The notes beneath the pieces were generated by a model. The model was not told where the DNA came from, did no database searches, and saw only the letters and a program-made list of their open reading frames with translations. A stretch of DNA of 32,000 nucleotides from Pirellula staleyi DSM 6068 (GTDB taxonomy: Bacteria; Planctomycetota; Planctomycetia; Pirellulales; Pirellulaceae): the NCBI GenBank assembly GCA_000025185.1, contig CP001848.1, positions 5,220,001 to 5,252,000 on the forward strand, given 5' to 3'. Positions 24,076 to 32,000 of this stretch are shown here, in pieces; positions within the stretch are counted from its first letter, which is position 1, and every line of letters starts with the position of its first letter. The translations under genes and the position numbers were made by a program.

Positions 24076-24104
24076 AAACTACGTCCCTCCCCGGACTCGG
24101 TCAA
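24076..24104 (-). promoter_or_regulatory. Candidate sigma-70-type promoter for tRNA-Gln
   Basis: The minus strand reads TTGACC - 17 nt - TAGTTT and ends 17 nt before the tRNA 5' end. The -35 matches 5/6 but the -10 matches only 3/6. Confidence 0.3.
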
Positions 24105-24310
24105 GGGGAGTTCAGCCCGCCGCTATGCTCCCTCTCTATCGACGCACCATCTGCCAGCCCGGTTCGCTCGGCCGCGCCCCTTTTTCGACGTGCCAGTTTC
24201 CAGCCACCGGTTCCAAGAGCCAGCAAGATCGCACCAACTCTCGCCTCGCACTGGCGGGGCGGCTATCCTGACGCGACGTCCCTTTCTCACTTCCCCACCT
24301 GGAGGTTTCG

Positions 24311-24748
24311 ATGACGACTCGCCAATTGTTCGTTGCTCTTGCGTGCACCATGCTCGGAGCAGCAGCGATGTACTCCGCTTCCAACCTCACTGCCGAGGAT
24401 AAGCCTGTGCCCGCACCACGCGTTTACGAACTTCGCACCTACACCACCCTCGAAGGTCGGCTCGATGCACTCCACGCCCGCTTTCGCGATCATACGACCA
24501 AGCTGTTCGAAAAGCATGGGATGAAGAACCACGAGTACTGGACCCCAACCGATCCTGAACGTGCCAAGAACACGCTCATCTACGTCGTTTCGCATGACAG
24601 CATGGAAGCAGCGAAGAAGTCGTGGGAAGCGTTCCGCAACGATCCCGAGTGGGTCAAGGTCCGCGACGCTTCGGAAGCCGATGGCAAAATCGTCTCGAAG
24701 GTCGAATCGGTCTACATGACCCTCACCGACTACTCCCCTGTGAAGTAG
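24311..24748 (+). CDS. NIPSNAP-family protein with an N-terminal signal peptide
   Basis: A GGAGG SD lies 6 nt upstream. The signal-like N-terminus is MTTRQLFVALACTMLGAAAMYSA. The core is VYELRTYTTLEGRLDALHARF...LFEKHGM...DPEW. Confidence 0.8.
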   Translation: MTTRQLFVALACTMLGAAAMYSASNLTAEDKPVPAPRVYELRTYTTLEGRLDALHARFRDHTTKLFEKHGMKNHEYWTPTDPERAKNTLIYVVSHDSMEAAKKSWEAFRNDPEWVKVRDASEADGKIVSKVESVYMTLTDYSPVK

Positions 24749-24811
24749 CGCTCTGTTTTGTTTTGTCGTCCCGAGTGTTCTCGTCGTAAGCTGCGATTTT
24801 TGACGACAAGT

Positions 24812-26242
24812 TTACACCTTCAGCCCTTCGGTCTCTTGGCCGAGGGCTGAACGATAGCGAGCACGAATCGGCTCGATGATGTCGGCCACAAATTCGTCGA
24901 CCTGCTCGGGAGCACGTCCCACGAAATCACGTGGATTCATAGCGGCGGCGAGATCGACTCCGGCAAACGCCGGTTCGCCCCGCAGACGCTCGAGCAGCGT
25001 GTTAGGCTTTCCCTCTTGCTTCACGTCGAGAGCCGCTGCTTGACTGTGGGCGCGAATCACTTCGTGCAGTTCCTGACGATCGCCACCACGCTCGACGGCA
25101 GCCATCATCAAGTTTTCACTCGCCATGAACGGCAGTTCGGCATTCAGATTGGCCGCAATCGTTTTGGGATAAACCACCAGGCCGCTGCTGATATTCGTGA
25201 GCAACAGCAGCACGGCATCGATCCCCAAGAATGCCTGGGGAATGACCAACCGGCGATTGGCCGAATCGTCGAGCGTCCGCTCCATCCACTGCGTCGCCAA
25301 AGTCGCAGCAGGGCTCGATTGCAGGCTCATCACAAACCGAGCCAACGCGCAAACACGTTCGCTACGCATCGGATTGCGTTTGTAGGCCATCGCCGACGAG
25401 CCGATTTGATTAGCTTCAAACGGCTCTTCCATTTCTTTACGCGAGGCCAAGAGGCGGAGGTCGGATGCGAGCTTATGCGCTGACTGCGCGACGCCTGACA
25501 GCGTGTCGACAATTTGGGCGTCGACTTTTCGCGTGTAGGTTTGACCGGTGACGGCATAGCTTCCGGAAAATCCCATACGCTCGGCAACCATCGCTTCGAG
25601 CTGGCGTACTTTCGCATGATCGCCATGAAAGAGGGCCAAAAAACTAGCCTGGGTACCGGTGGTTCCCTTTACACTGCGTGCCCGAAGCGATTCGATTCGA
25701 TGTTCGATTTCGGCGAGGTCGAGTGCCAGGTCGTAGATCCAGAGCGTAGCGCGCTTGCCAACCGTGGTGGGCTGGGCGGGCTGCAGATGCGTGAACCCGA
25801 GACAGGGCAATTCGCGATGGGTGGTCGCAAACTTCCCGAGCGCATCGATCACTACCGCCAAGCGACGGGCAATCAACTCGAGCGCCTCGCGCATCAAAAT
25901 CAGATCGGTATTGTCGGTCACATAACAGCTGGTCGCCCCGAGGTGGATGATCGGCATTGCGCCAGGGCAAAGATCGCCAAACGTGTGAACGTGCGCCATC
26001 ACATCGTGGCGCAGTTTCTTCTCGTAAGCAGCTGCCACTTGGAAGTCGATGTTGTCGACCTGGGCTTTCATTTCCTCGATCTGCTCGCGCGAAACGGGGA
26101 GCCCCATTTCATGCTCGGCTTCGGCCAGGATCACCCACAACCGGCGCCACGTGCTGAACTTTCGCTGATCGCTAAACAGGCGGCTCATCTCGGCCGAGGC
26201 ATAACGGGTGTTGAGCGGATTTTCGTACAGGTCGTGAGCCAT
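24812..26242 (-). CDS. purB: Adenylosuccinate lyase
   Basis: The N-terminus is [20 protein letters not shown]. The fumarate-lyase signature [14 protein letters not shown] is present. The 476-aa length fits the long PurB class. Confidence 0.95.
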   Translation of the reverse strand: MAHDLYENPLNTRYASAEMSRLFSDQRKFSTWRRLWVILAEAEHEMGLPVSREQIEEMKAQVDNIDFQVAAAYEKKLRHDVMAHVHTFGDLCPGAMPIIHLGATSCYVTDNTDLILMREALELIARRLAVVIDALGKFATTHRELPCLGFTHLQPAQPTTVGKRATLWIYDLALDLAEIEHRIESLRARSVKGTTGTQASFLALFHGDHAKVRQLEAMVAERMGFSGSYAVTGQTYTRKVDAQIVDTLSGVAQSAHKLASDLRLLASRKEMEEPFEANQIGSSAMAYKRNPMRSERVCALARFVMSLQSSPAATLATQWMERTLDDSANRRLVIPQAFLGIDAVLLLLTNISSGLVVYPKTIAANLNAELPFMASENLMMAAVERGGDRQELHEVIRAHSQAAALDVKQEGKPNTLLERLRGEPAFAGVDLAAAMNPRDFVGRAPEQVDEFVADIIEPIRARYRSALGQETEGLKV

Positions 26243-26469
26243 GAGCAGTCAATTTCCCAGCAAGGGTTGAGCAGTTTTTTCGCGTAGCGCGAGTGCGGAA
26301 AGGGTGGATTATTTTTTCGAGAGCAGCGCCGCTGTCCAGCTTCGTCAGGATGGCGAGCGCCGCGCACGCGGCACCTCCCTGCGACACCCCTTAGCTTACG
26401 ATCTAGCCCCTTGGTTGTTCAGGGGGCCAGCTTCGCGTAAGTTCTGAAAAACCAAAGATTTCCCAGCGA

Positions 26470-27327
26470 ATGGAGCCCCTTGTGAAGCCCCAAACAGCTC
26501 CCCGCGCCATCACGCTGCTCACCGATTTCGGCAGCGGCAGTTCGTACGTCGCGCAAATGAAAGGGGTGATCCTGGCCGCACTTCCAAGCGCCACCATCGT
26601 CGACTTTTCGCACGAGATCGAGCCGCAAAATATCCTCGAGGCTGCGATCTACTGGATGGAAGCGGTCCCTGTCTACGGAGCTGCCACTGTCCATGTTGCG
26701 GTGGTAGACCCGGGGGTGGGAACCTCGCGCCGCATCTTGCTCCTCGAACTCGAGCAGGGGGGACTGCTGCTGGCCCCCGACAACGGCATTGCCGCGCCCC
26801 TGATCGAGCTGCACCGAGCGCGGAGTCTCTTTTCGGTCGAGAACGTCGCGCTGTTTCGAGCTTCCATTTCCAGCACGTTTCATGGGCGCGATATTTTTGC
26901 TCCCGTCGCCGCCTATCTGGCTGCTGGAGGAGAGCCGAGCAGCGTCGGACCAGTGGTCGAGACTTATGAACCTCTCGAGCTTCGCAGCCCCACGGTCGAA
27001 ATTCTCGACCAGCGCTGCACCATCACGGGCGAAGTGCTGGTGGTCGATCGGTTCGGCAATCTGATGACCAACATCACGCGCGATCTGCTCTCACAGTTCG
27101 GCGCGGCACCCCAGCTTGCCCTGAGCAGTGCCGAGGTAATCCTTGGAGCGACCTCGATCGGCGCCATTGGTCGCACCTACGGGGATGTCGAGCAGGGGGA
27201 GGTTCTGGCCCTCTTCGACTCGCAAGGGCGACTCGAGATTGCCGTTCGTGGCGGCAGCGCTGCGCGTCGCTTCGGGGCTGCGACAGGAGCCCGCGTGAGG
27301 GTGGTTCTCGATCCCCCACGTGCATGA
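26470..27327 (+). CDS. SAM hydroxide adenosyltransferase / SAM hydrolase family protein (DUF62; chlorinase/fluorinase-like fold)
   Basis: ITLLTDFGSGSSYVAQMKGVIL, VAVVDPGVGT, APDNGI, FHGRDIFAPVAAYLAAG and VVDRFGNLMTNI are all present. Confidence 0.85.
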   Translation: MEPLVKPQTAPRAITLLTDFGSGSSYVAQMKGVILAALPSATIVDFSHEIEPQNILEAAIYWMEAVPVYGAATVHVAVVDPGVGTSRRILLLELEQGGLLLAPDNGIAAPLIELHRARSLFSVENVALFRASISSTFHGRDIFAPVAAYLAAGGEPSSVGPVVETYEPLELRSPTVEILDQRCTITGEVLVVDRFGNLMTNITRDLLSQFGAAPQLALSSAEVILGATSIGAIGRTYGDVEQGEVLALFDSQGRLEIAVRGGSAARRFGAATGARVRVVLDPPRA

Positions 27328-27396
27328 ATTTTTGAAGAACGGAAAGCCTACACACCAACTGGCGCACCAACTCGGCAGACTCGGCCGGTTGTCGGC

Positions 27397-27762
27397 TTGG
27401 CTCCGAGGAAAATCATTCGTAGAATGCGGCCGCTTGCTCTCCACCCTTCCAAGCCTTCCCTGGGAGTTTTAGAAGTGCCCGGAAAGATTGAAGGGACCAT
27501 TGTCGCGTTTTCAAGCGACGGCAACTTGGTTTCTGACATTCCCAATTCGTCACTCGCTGGTGCTCCGCGCGGAGAGAATGTTCTCATCGCTTGCGACGAG
27601 CATGAGACGATCGGTCTCTTCGAGCCAGGACATGGCCAACCCGACATGACCTTGCTGGCGCTACTCGGCGAAAGTGGTTTTCTCGAACTCACGATCGTTT
27701 CCGACAGTGCGAAGATCATGCTCGGAGTTTCACGAGGAACGCCGATCGTAGTGAAGTGGTAG
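27397..27762 (+). CDS. Stand-alone homolog of the C-terminal beta-barrel domain of SAM hydroxide adenosyltransferases
   Basis: EGTIVAFSSDGNLVSDIPNSSL and LLALLGESGFLELTIVSDSAKIMLGVSRGTPIVVKW align by eye with TGEVLVVDRFGNLMTNITRDLL and VLALFDSQGRLEIAVRGGSAARRFGAATGARVRVVL of the upstream protein. The start is uncertain (27397, 27424 or an internal GTG). Confidence 0.55.
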   Translation: MAPRKIIRRMRPLALHPSKPSLGVLEVPGKIEGTIVAFSSDGNLVSDIPNSSLAGAPRGENVLIACDEHETIGLFEPGHGQPDMTLLALLGESGFLELTIVSDSAKIMLGVSRGTPIVVKW

Positions 27763-27843
27763 TTCTCGCGATCGAGTGTGCCTCCCGTGCTTCCAGAAAT
27801 CTTTGATGCTCCCGCCAGCCCCCCTGGAAAGAACTCGCCATCG

Positions 27844-29196
27844 ATGGGCGACCTTCTCGCATGGGACAAAACGCATCTGTGGCATGCCTTCACACAGATG
27901 GCGGAGTACGAATCGCTGATCGTCACGCGCGGGCAAGGGTGCTGGCTCGAAACGATCGACGGTCGCCGCTTGCTAGACGGGGTCAGTAGTCTGTGGTGCA
28001 ACGTTCACGGACATCGGCATCCACGCATCGACGCTGCGATTAAGGCACAGCTCGACGAAGTGGCCCACGTCACGCTGCTGGGAATGAGCGCCCCGGTGAC
28101 GATTCGTCTGGCACGTCGACTGGCCGAGATTTCGCCTGCAGGGCTCGAGCATGTTTTTTTCTCCGACAGCGGCGCATCGGCGGTGGAAGTAGCCCTGAAG
28201 ATGGCGTTCCAGTACTGGCGCCAAAAGCCGAATCCCGAACCGCAGCGGACGAAATACTTGGCGCTCGACAATGCCTATCACGGCGACACGCTCGGAAGTG
28301 TCAGCGTCGGTGGTGTCGCCCGCTTTCATCAAATGTTCGAGCCGCTGCTGTTCGACGTTTTGCGTCTACCGCAGCCCTCGGTCGATCATCTCCCGGCGGG
28401 CATCGCGCGGGGTGATGCGTGCGACTATTACCTGCAGCAATTCGACGCCGCTTTGGCCTTGCATGGCCACGAACTGGCCGCCGTGGTGATCGAACCACTG
28501 GTGCAATGCGCTGCTGGCATGATCATGCATCCGCCCGGTTATTTGCGCGGCATTCGCCAGCTTTGCACCAAGCATGGTGTGCTGCTGATCGCCGACGAAG
28601 TGGCTGTGGGGATGGGGCGCACTGGCACCATGTTTGCCTGCGAGCAAGAGCAAGTTTCGCCCGATTTTCTCTGCCTTGCTAAAGGGATTACCGGGGGCTA
28701 TTTGCCGCTGGCGGCGACCCTCACCACCACCGAGATTTGGAACGCCTTTCTCGGCACCTATGCCGAGTCGAAGACGTTTTTTCACGGACATACGTACGGG
28801 GGCAATCCACTCGGCGCAGCGGCGGCGATGGCAACACTCGATGTCTTCGAGCAAGAGCAAACGCTCGTCCATCTGCAGGACAAAATCGCTCGGCTCAGCA
28901 AACACTTGGCCCGATTGGCCGAGCATCCTCACGTCGGAAGCGTGCGCCAGTGCGGCCTGATCGCGGGGGTGGAACTGGTGCGCGACAAAGCGACTGGCCA
29001 GCCGTTTGCGTGGGAAGAAAAACGTGGCTTTCGCGTCTGCGCGGAGGCGATGCGACACGGTGTTTGGATTCGGCCTCTCGGCAGTGTCGTCGTCCTCATG
29101 CCGCCCCTGGCGGTTTCGCCTGACGAACTCGACTTGCTCTGCGCTGCTGTCGAGCAAGGGATTCTCGTGGCGACGGGCACTAGCGCAGGCTCGTAA
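27844..29196 (+). CDS. bioA: Adenosylmethionine-8-amino-7-oxononanoate aminotransferase (DAPA synthase)
   Basis: The N-terminus is LAWDKTHLWHAFTQM. SDSGASAVEVALKMA, LIADEVAVGMGRTGTMFACE and the PLP-Lys motif LCLAKGITGGYLPLAA are present. The ORF is open from GTG 27778, but ATG 27844 fits the family N-terminus. Confidence 0.93.
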   Translation: MGDLLAWDKTHLWHAFTQMAEYESLIVTRGQGCWLETIDGRRLLDGVSSLWCNVHGHRHPRIDAAIKAQLDEVAHVTLLGMSAPVTIRLARRLAEISPAGLEHVFFSDSGASAVEVALKMAFQYWRQKPNPEPQRTKYLALDNAYHGDTLGSVSVGGVARFHQMFEPLLFDVLRLPQPSVDHLPAGIARGDACDYYLQQFDAALALHGHELAAVVIEPLVQCAAGMIMHPPGYLRGIRQLCTKHGVLLIADEVAVGMGRTGTMFACEQEQVSPDFLCLAKGITGGYLPLAATLTTTEIWNAFLGTYAESKTFFHGHTYGGNPLGAAAAMATLDVFEQEQTLVHLQDKIARLSKHLARLAEHPHVGSVRQCGLIAGVELVRDKATGQPFAWEEKRGFRVCAEAMRHGVWIRPLGSVVVLMPPLAVSPDELDLLCAAVEQGILVATGTSAGS

Positions 29197-29241
29197 GCTG
29201 CGACACTACGGTGCCGATGAATATTCTGGTGCCAACGAAGG

Positions 29242-30264
29242 TTATTGCGCCGACGAACGAGATCCGCTCGGGGAGCCCCCAATCGGATACCCTTCGGGAA
29301 GTGGTCGACCCGCCGTCAGGTAGCCGAGCTTAAAGAGCTCGGATTTGACGACGCGAAACTGCTCGAAACTATCGGGATAAACCCAGATGGTGACGGTGGT
29401 CGAGCGGGGCTCCATGCCGGCGAGCCGGGCGCGGAACATCGAATTCGGCGCCAGCGCTTTGGCGATCGGTTCCCCGAGTTCATCGTCGGCCTGAACGAAG
29501 TAGAATCGCTCGAGTTCCACGCGCGATTGCGTGGCTGGTCCTAAGCGCGTGCTGAGCGCTACGTCGGAACGGACCAGAATGTAGCGAGCTCCCCAGCCGT
29601 CGATCACAGGGAGCGAGTTTTCGGCGCGGACGTTATCGCGCAATCGCTGAGCAGTTTGCGGAGCATCGGCTTTCATGCGTTCGAGCATTTCGTCCCACGG
29701 AATGTAGGCGAGCTTACCCCCCATCAAACGGAACTGCACTTCTTTACCAAACACGGTCCGTGCCATGGGAGTCGGCAGGTGCTCGAGAGCTACTAAAGTC
29801 GGTCGCACAGCCGCTTGGGCTGCGGCATCGAGATCGGCCAGTTTTTTTCGTGCGGCAGCCAATGTTTGCTCGAGATCATAGCGCTCGCGATCGGAACCTT
29901 CGAGCTGCTGACGATGCTCGGCCAGACGTTTCTCGGCCACCGTCACGAGCAGCTGCACTCGGTCGCGCTCTTGCTTGCGCAAGTTCACTTCCAGCTTCTC
30001 ACGCTCGGTTTGCCGCTGCAGATCTTGCACGCTTTGCTCCACTGCATTGGCAGCAGCCACAGCCGACTCGGCATCGGGGATGACGAGTGGAGCAGGGGCG
30101 GCGATAGCAGCGGTCGGAAGAGGGGTCGCCGATTCGATGGCCCGTTTGGCCTGCGCTCCGACCACCATCACCAGAATGATCAGAATGCCAACGAGGTTGG
30201 CCACGACGTCGAGGAACGAGTCGCCTCCTGGTGCTTCAGCCTGGTTTGCTCTGCGGCGTGCCAC
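29242..30264 (-). CDS. Hypothetical membrane protein: ExbD/TolR-like N-terminal TM helix, ~110-aa coiled coil and an alpha/beta C-terminal domain
   Basis: The GTG start overlaps the upstream stop codon (TAGTG). SFLDVVANLVGILIILVMVV resembles the ExbD TM segment, including its conserved Asp. The heptad-rich segment is QDLQRQTEREKLEVNLRKQERDRVQLL...KKLADLDAA. The C-terminus reads TIWVYPDSFEQFRVVKSELFKLGY. Confidence 0.55.
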   Translation of the reverse strand: MARRRANQAEAPGGDSFLDVVANLVGILIILVMVVGAQAKRAIESATPLPTAAIAAPAPLVIPDAESAVAAANAVEQSVQDLQRQTEREKLEVNLRKQERDRVQLLVTVAEKRLAEHRQQLEGSDRERYDLEQTLAAARKKLADLDAAAQAAVRPTLVALEHLPTPMARTVFGKEVQFRLMGGKLAYIPWDEMLERMKADAPQTAQRLRDNVRAENSLPVIDGWGARYILVRSDVALSTRLGPATQSRVELERFYFVQADDELGEPIAKALAPNSMFRARLAGMEPRSTTVTIWVYPDSFEQFRVVKSELFKLGYLTAGRPLPEGYPIGGSPSGSRSSAQ

Positions 30265-32000
30265 TAGCGTGTCTTTCTTTGCAGTTCGAAACCACTTCCC
30301 TCGAGTGCACGCGAAAGTTCAACCACGCGCGGTTCGGCGTCGGGCGACACTTCCATCGAGAGGATCGGTTTCCAATAGCCATTGTTCACGGCAATGCCCC
30401 ACGAGCTGATGCGCTTTTGAATGCTCGCAACCATCGCGTCGATCTCTTGCACCTGAATCTCGGGGGAGAGTGGAATCTCTTCTGAAATCCGGCCATCGCC
30501 GCGCTCGGGGATCAACACCACGCGGTCGGGCAAAATCAGGACACGAATCGGTCGCGTGATTGCGGTTGCTTTACCGGCAGAATTCGGCAAGCCCCAGTTA
30601 TTGGTGCCTCGCGCCAGCCCACTGCCAGCCGACTGCGAAGGGGCCCCATAGCGTTTTTGACTACCGCCACTCGTCGCAGGCTGACCACTCGCAGCAGACT
30701 GACCACCGCTCGGCGCGCCACTGGTGCTGCCTTGTGGACGACCCGTCGATGATCCGCTGGTTCCCCCCGAGGCTGCATTGCCGCCAGCCACGCCCGAGGC
30801 CTGGCCCCCCGAGGCATAGCGATTGCCAGCTGCCGTAGGCGAGCCACTCACATCGGTGCCACCACCGGCCGAACCGCCACCCGTCGAACCACTATTTTGT
30901 TGTGCATACGGAGCCCCCACGGGGCCAATGTTGTTTGGCGATCCGCCAGCGGGATTCCCGAGCGAAGGCTGCATCGAAGAGCTGCTCCCCATGCCGTTGC
31001 CAGCGAGGCCATTGCCCCCTGTGCCAGTTCCGCCAGGAATGCCCGAAGGACTTCGCGAACTGCTGCCACCGGTGGCATACTGCGTTCGAGCGCCAGTCCC
31101 CATGCCAAAGCCGCCACCGGCATTGGGTCCACCAGCAGCGGCTGGATCGTAGCCTTCGAGACTCGATGGCGAGAAGGTGGTGAGCTGTTCTTCGTCTTGA
31201 TAGCGGCGCGGCATTGCGGCGGCGAAAGCGAGCTGACGTTTTCGGGCAAGCGAGACCTCGCGATTCAGCGTCTCGACGAGGGCCGGATCGGGATCGCCAT
31301 AAGCCAGTTTGGTATCGTCGTCGATCAGTTCGTAGCCAAATTCGTCTTCCCACGTTTTCATGGCCGACCGCGCGACGCTATAAGCCACCACGCCGCTCGG
31401 GCGAACGATCAGCAGCGGATAGGGCTCGGTCTTCGGACCAGCGGGCTGATTCCGCGCGATATGTTCGCGAATGGCTCGCAGCGTTGCATCGAGGGGATTG
31501 CCCGGTCCCATCGGTCCTTGGAAATCCTCGGGAGTGAGCACAATCCCTTCGGGCTGCACCACAATTCCCCGTTCGCTGCACTCGATATAGATCGGCCGTC
31601 GGCGCGTTCCGTTGGGGCCATCGTAGGGGAGCAGGGCATACCACTGCTCGCCCGTTTGCTGTTTCTTTTTGTCTTCGAGTTCTTTCTCGCGGCGGGCAAT
31701 TTCCGCCATCAAGCGCTCGGCTTCTTCGCGTGCTTTCGCGATTTCGCTATCGTCGAGCCGCTTGCCGCTGTCGATCTGGGCGGCTTGAGCCAGCAGTGCG
31801 CGAGCCTTCTCTTGCAAGTCGCGAATGTGACCTTCCAGATGGCTGAGTTCGTCGCGCGAACGGGCGAGTTCCTCTTGCACACTCGTGCGTGATTGCTCGA
31901 GGATCTCTTTACGCCAAACGGCGTCGTCGAGCACCTGCTTCAAGCGCGCAACGCGATCGAGGTCTTCTTGCGAAGGACCTGGTGGAATGGCTGCTTCCAC
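30264..32000 (-). CDS. Hypothetical coiled-coil protein with two ExbD-like periplasmic modules separated by a ~190-aa Gly/Ser/Asn-rich low-complexity linker; the N-terminus lies outside the window
   Basis: The frame is open to the window edge. The coiled coil is EELARSRDELSHLEGHIRDLQEKARALL...REKELEDKKK. Module 1 is RRPIYIECSERGIVVQPEGIVL...LLIVRPSGVVAYSVARSAMKTWEDEFGYELID. Module 2 is RPIRVLILPDRVVLIPERG...ILSMEVSPDAEPRVVELSRALEGSGFELQ. Confidence 0.6.
   Translation of the reverse strand: MEAAIPPGPSQEDLDRVARLKQVLDDAVWRKEILEQSRTSVQEELARSRDELSHLEGHIRDLQEKARALLAQAAQIDSGKRLDDSEIAKAREEAERLMAEIARREKELEDKKKQQTGEQWYALLPYDGPNGTRRRPIYIECSERGIVVQPEGIVLTPEDFQGPMGPGNPLDATLRAIREHIARNQPAGPKTEPYPLLIVRPSGVVAYSVARSAMKTWEDEFGYELIDDDTKLAYGDPDPALVETLNREVSLARKRQLAFAAAMPRRYQDEEQLTTFSPSSLEGYDPAAAGGPNAGGGFGMGTGARTQYATGGSSSRSPSGIPGGTGTGGNGLAGNGMGSSSSMQPSLGNPAGGSPNNIGPVGAPYAQQNSGSTGGGSAGGGTDVSGSPTAAGNRYASGGQASGVAGGNAASGGTSGSSTGRPQGSTSGAPSGGQSAASGQPATSGGSQKRYGAPSQSAGSGLARGTNNWGLPNSAGKATAITRPIRVLILPDRVVLIPERGDGRISEEIPLSPEIQVQEIDAMVASIQKRISSWGIAVNNGYWKPILSMEVSPDAEPRVVELSRALEGSGFELQRKTR

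Noticed and set aside
24763-24809. An inverted repeat ttgtcgtc ... gacgacaa lies between the convergent NIPSNAP and purB genes and was considered as a bidirectional terminator.
   Set aside because: The 8-bp stem has a loop of about 31 nt. No T-tract follows the stem on either strand; the T-rich run precedes it on the plus strand. It is much weaker than the two clear terminators found at 20185-20220 and 23901-23941.

Overview
The window is high-GC and gene-dense. Gene content suggests a Planctomycetota (Pirellulales-like) chromosome: a fused AroD-AroE, giant membrane-anchored kinase-like proteins, Pro-rich membrane proteins and weak Shine-Dalgarno usage. That taxonomic call is inference. Most of the window is housekeeping. 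It holds a P1B-ATPase 3' end, an HD-GYP/PAS/GGDEF protein and a minus-strand run of NtrC-type regulator, mutL, aroDE, aroK and a prepilin peptidase. It also holds an ABC-2 permease, beta-carbonic anhydrase, glutamate dehydrogenase, tRNA-Gln(CTG), a NIPSNAP protein, purB, a DUF62 SAM hydrolase and bioA. Five regions deserve a second look. (1) Between gdh and tRNA-Gln (21.8-23.7 kb) sits a small accessory pocket. It has a single-TM protein and a 101-aa protein with a Nif11-like helical leader, GG motifs and a Ser/Thr/Cys-rich tail. Convergent to these is a polytopic-membrane C39-like cysteine peptidase whose upstream spacer carries four consecutive small palindromes. (2) At 13.3-19.0 kb a membrane pseudokinase and a zinc-ribbon, Pro-rich membrane protein form a two-gene module that shares STN-like periplasmic modules. 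(3) At 29.2-32.0 kb two translationally coupled coiled-coil proteins carry ExbD/TolR-like signatures and a roughly 190-aa Gly/Ser-rich linker. (4) mutL is split into two frames near a G4 run. (5) A stand-alone SAM-hydrolase C-terminal domain lies between the DUF62 gene and bioA. All functional calls come from motif reading of the supplied translations. No database search was run.
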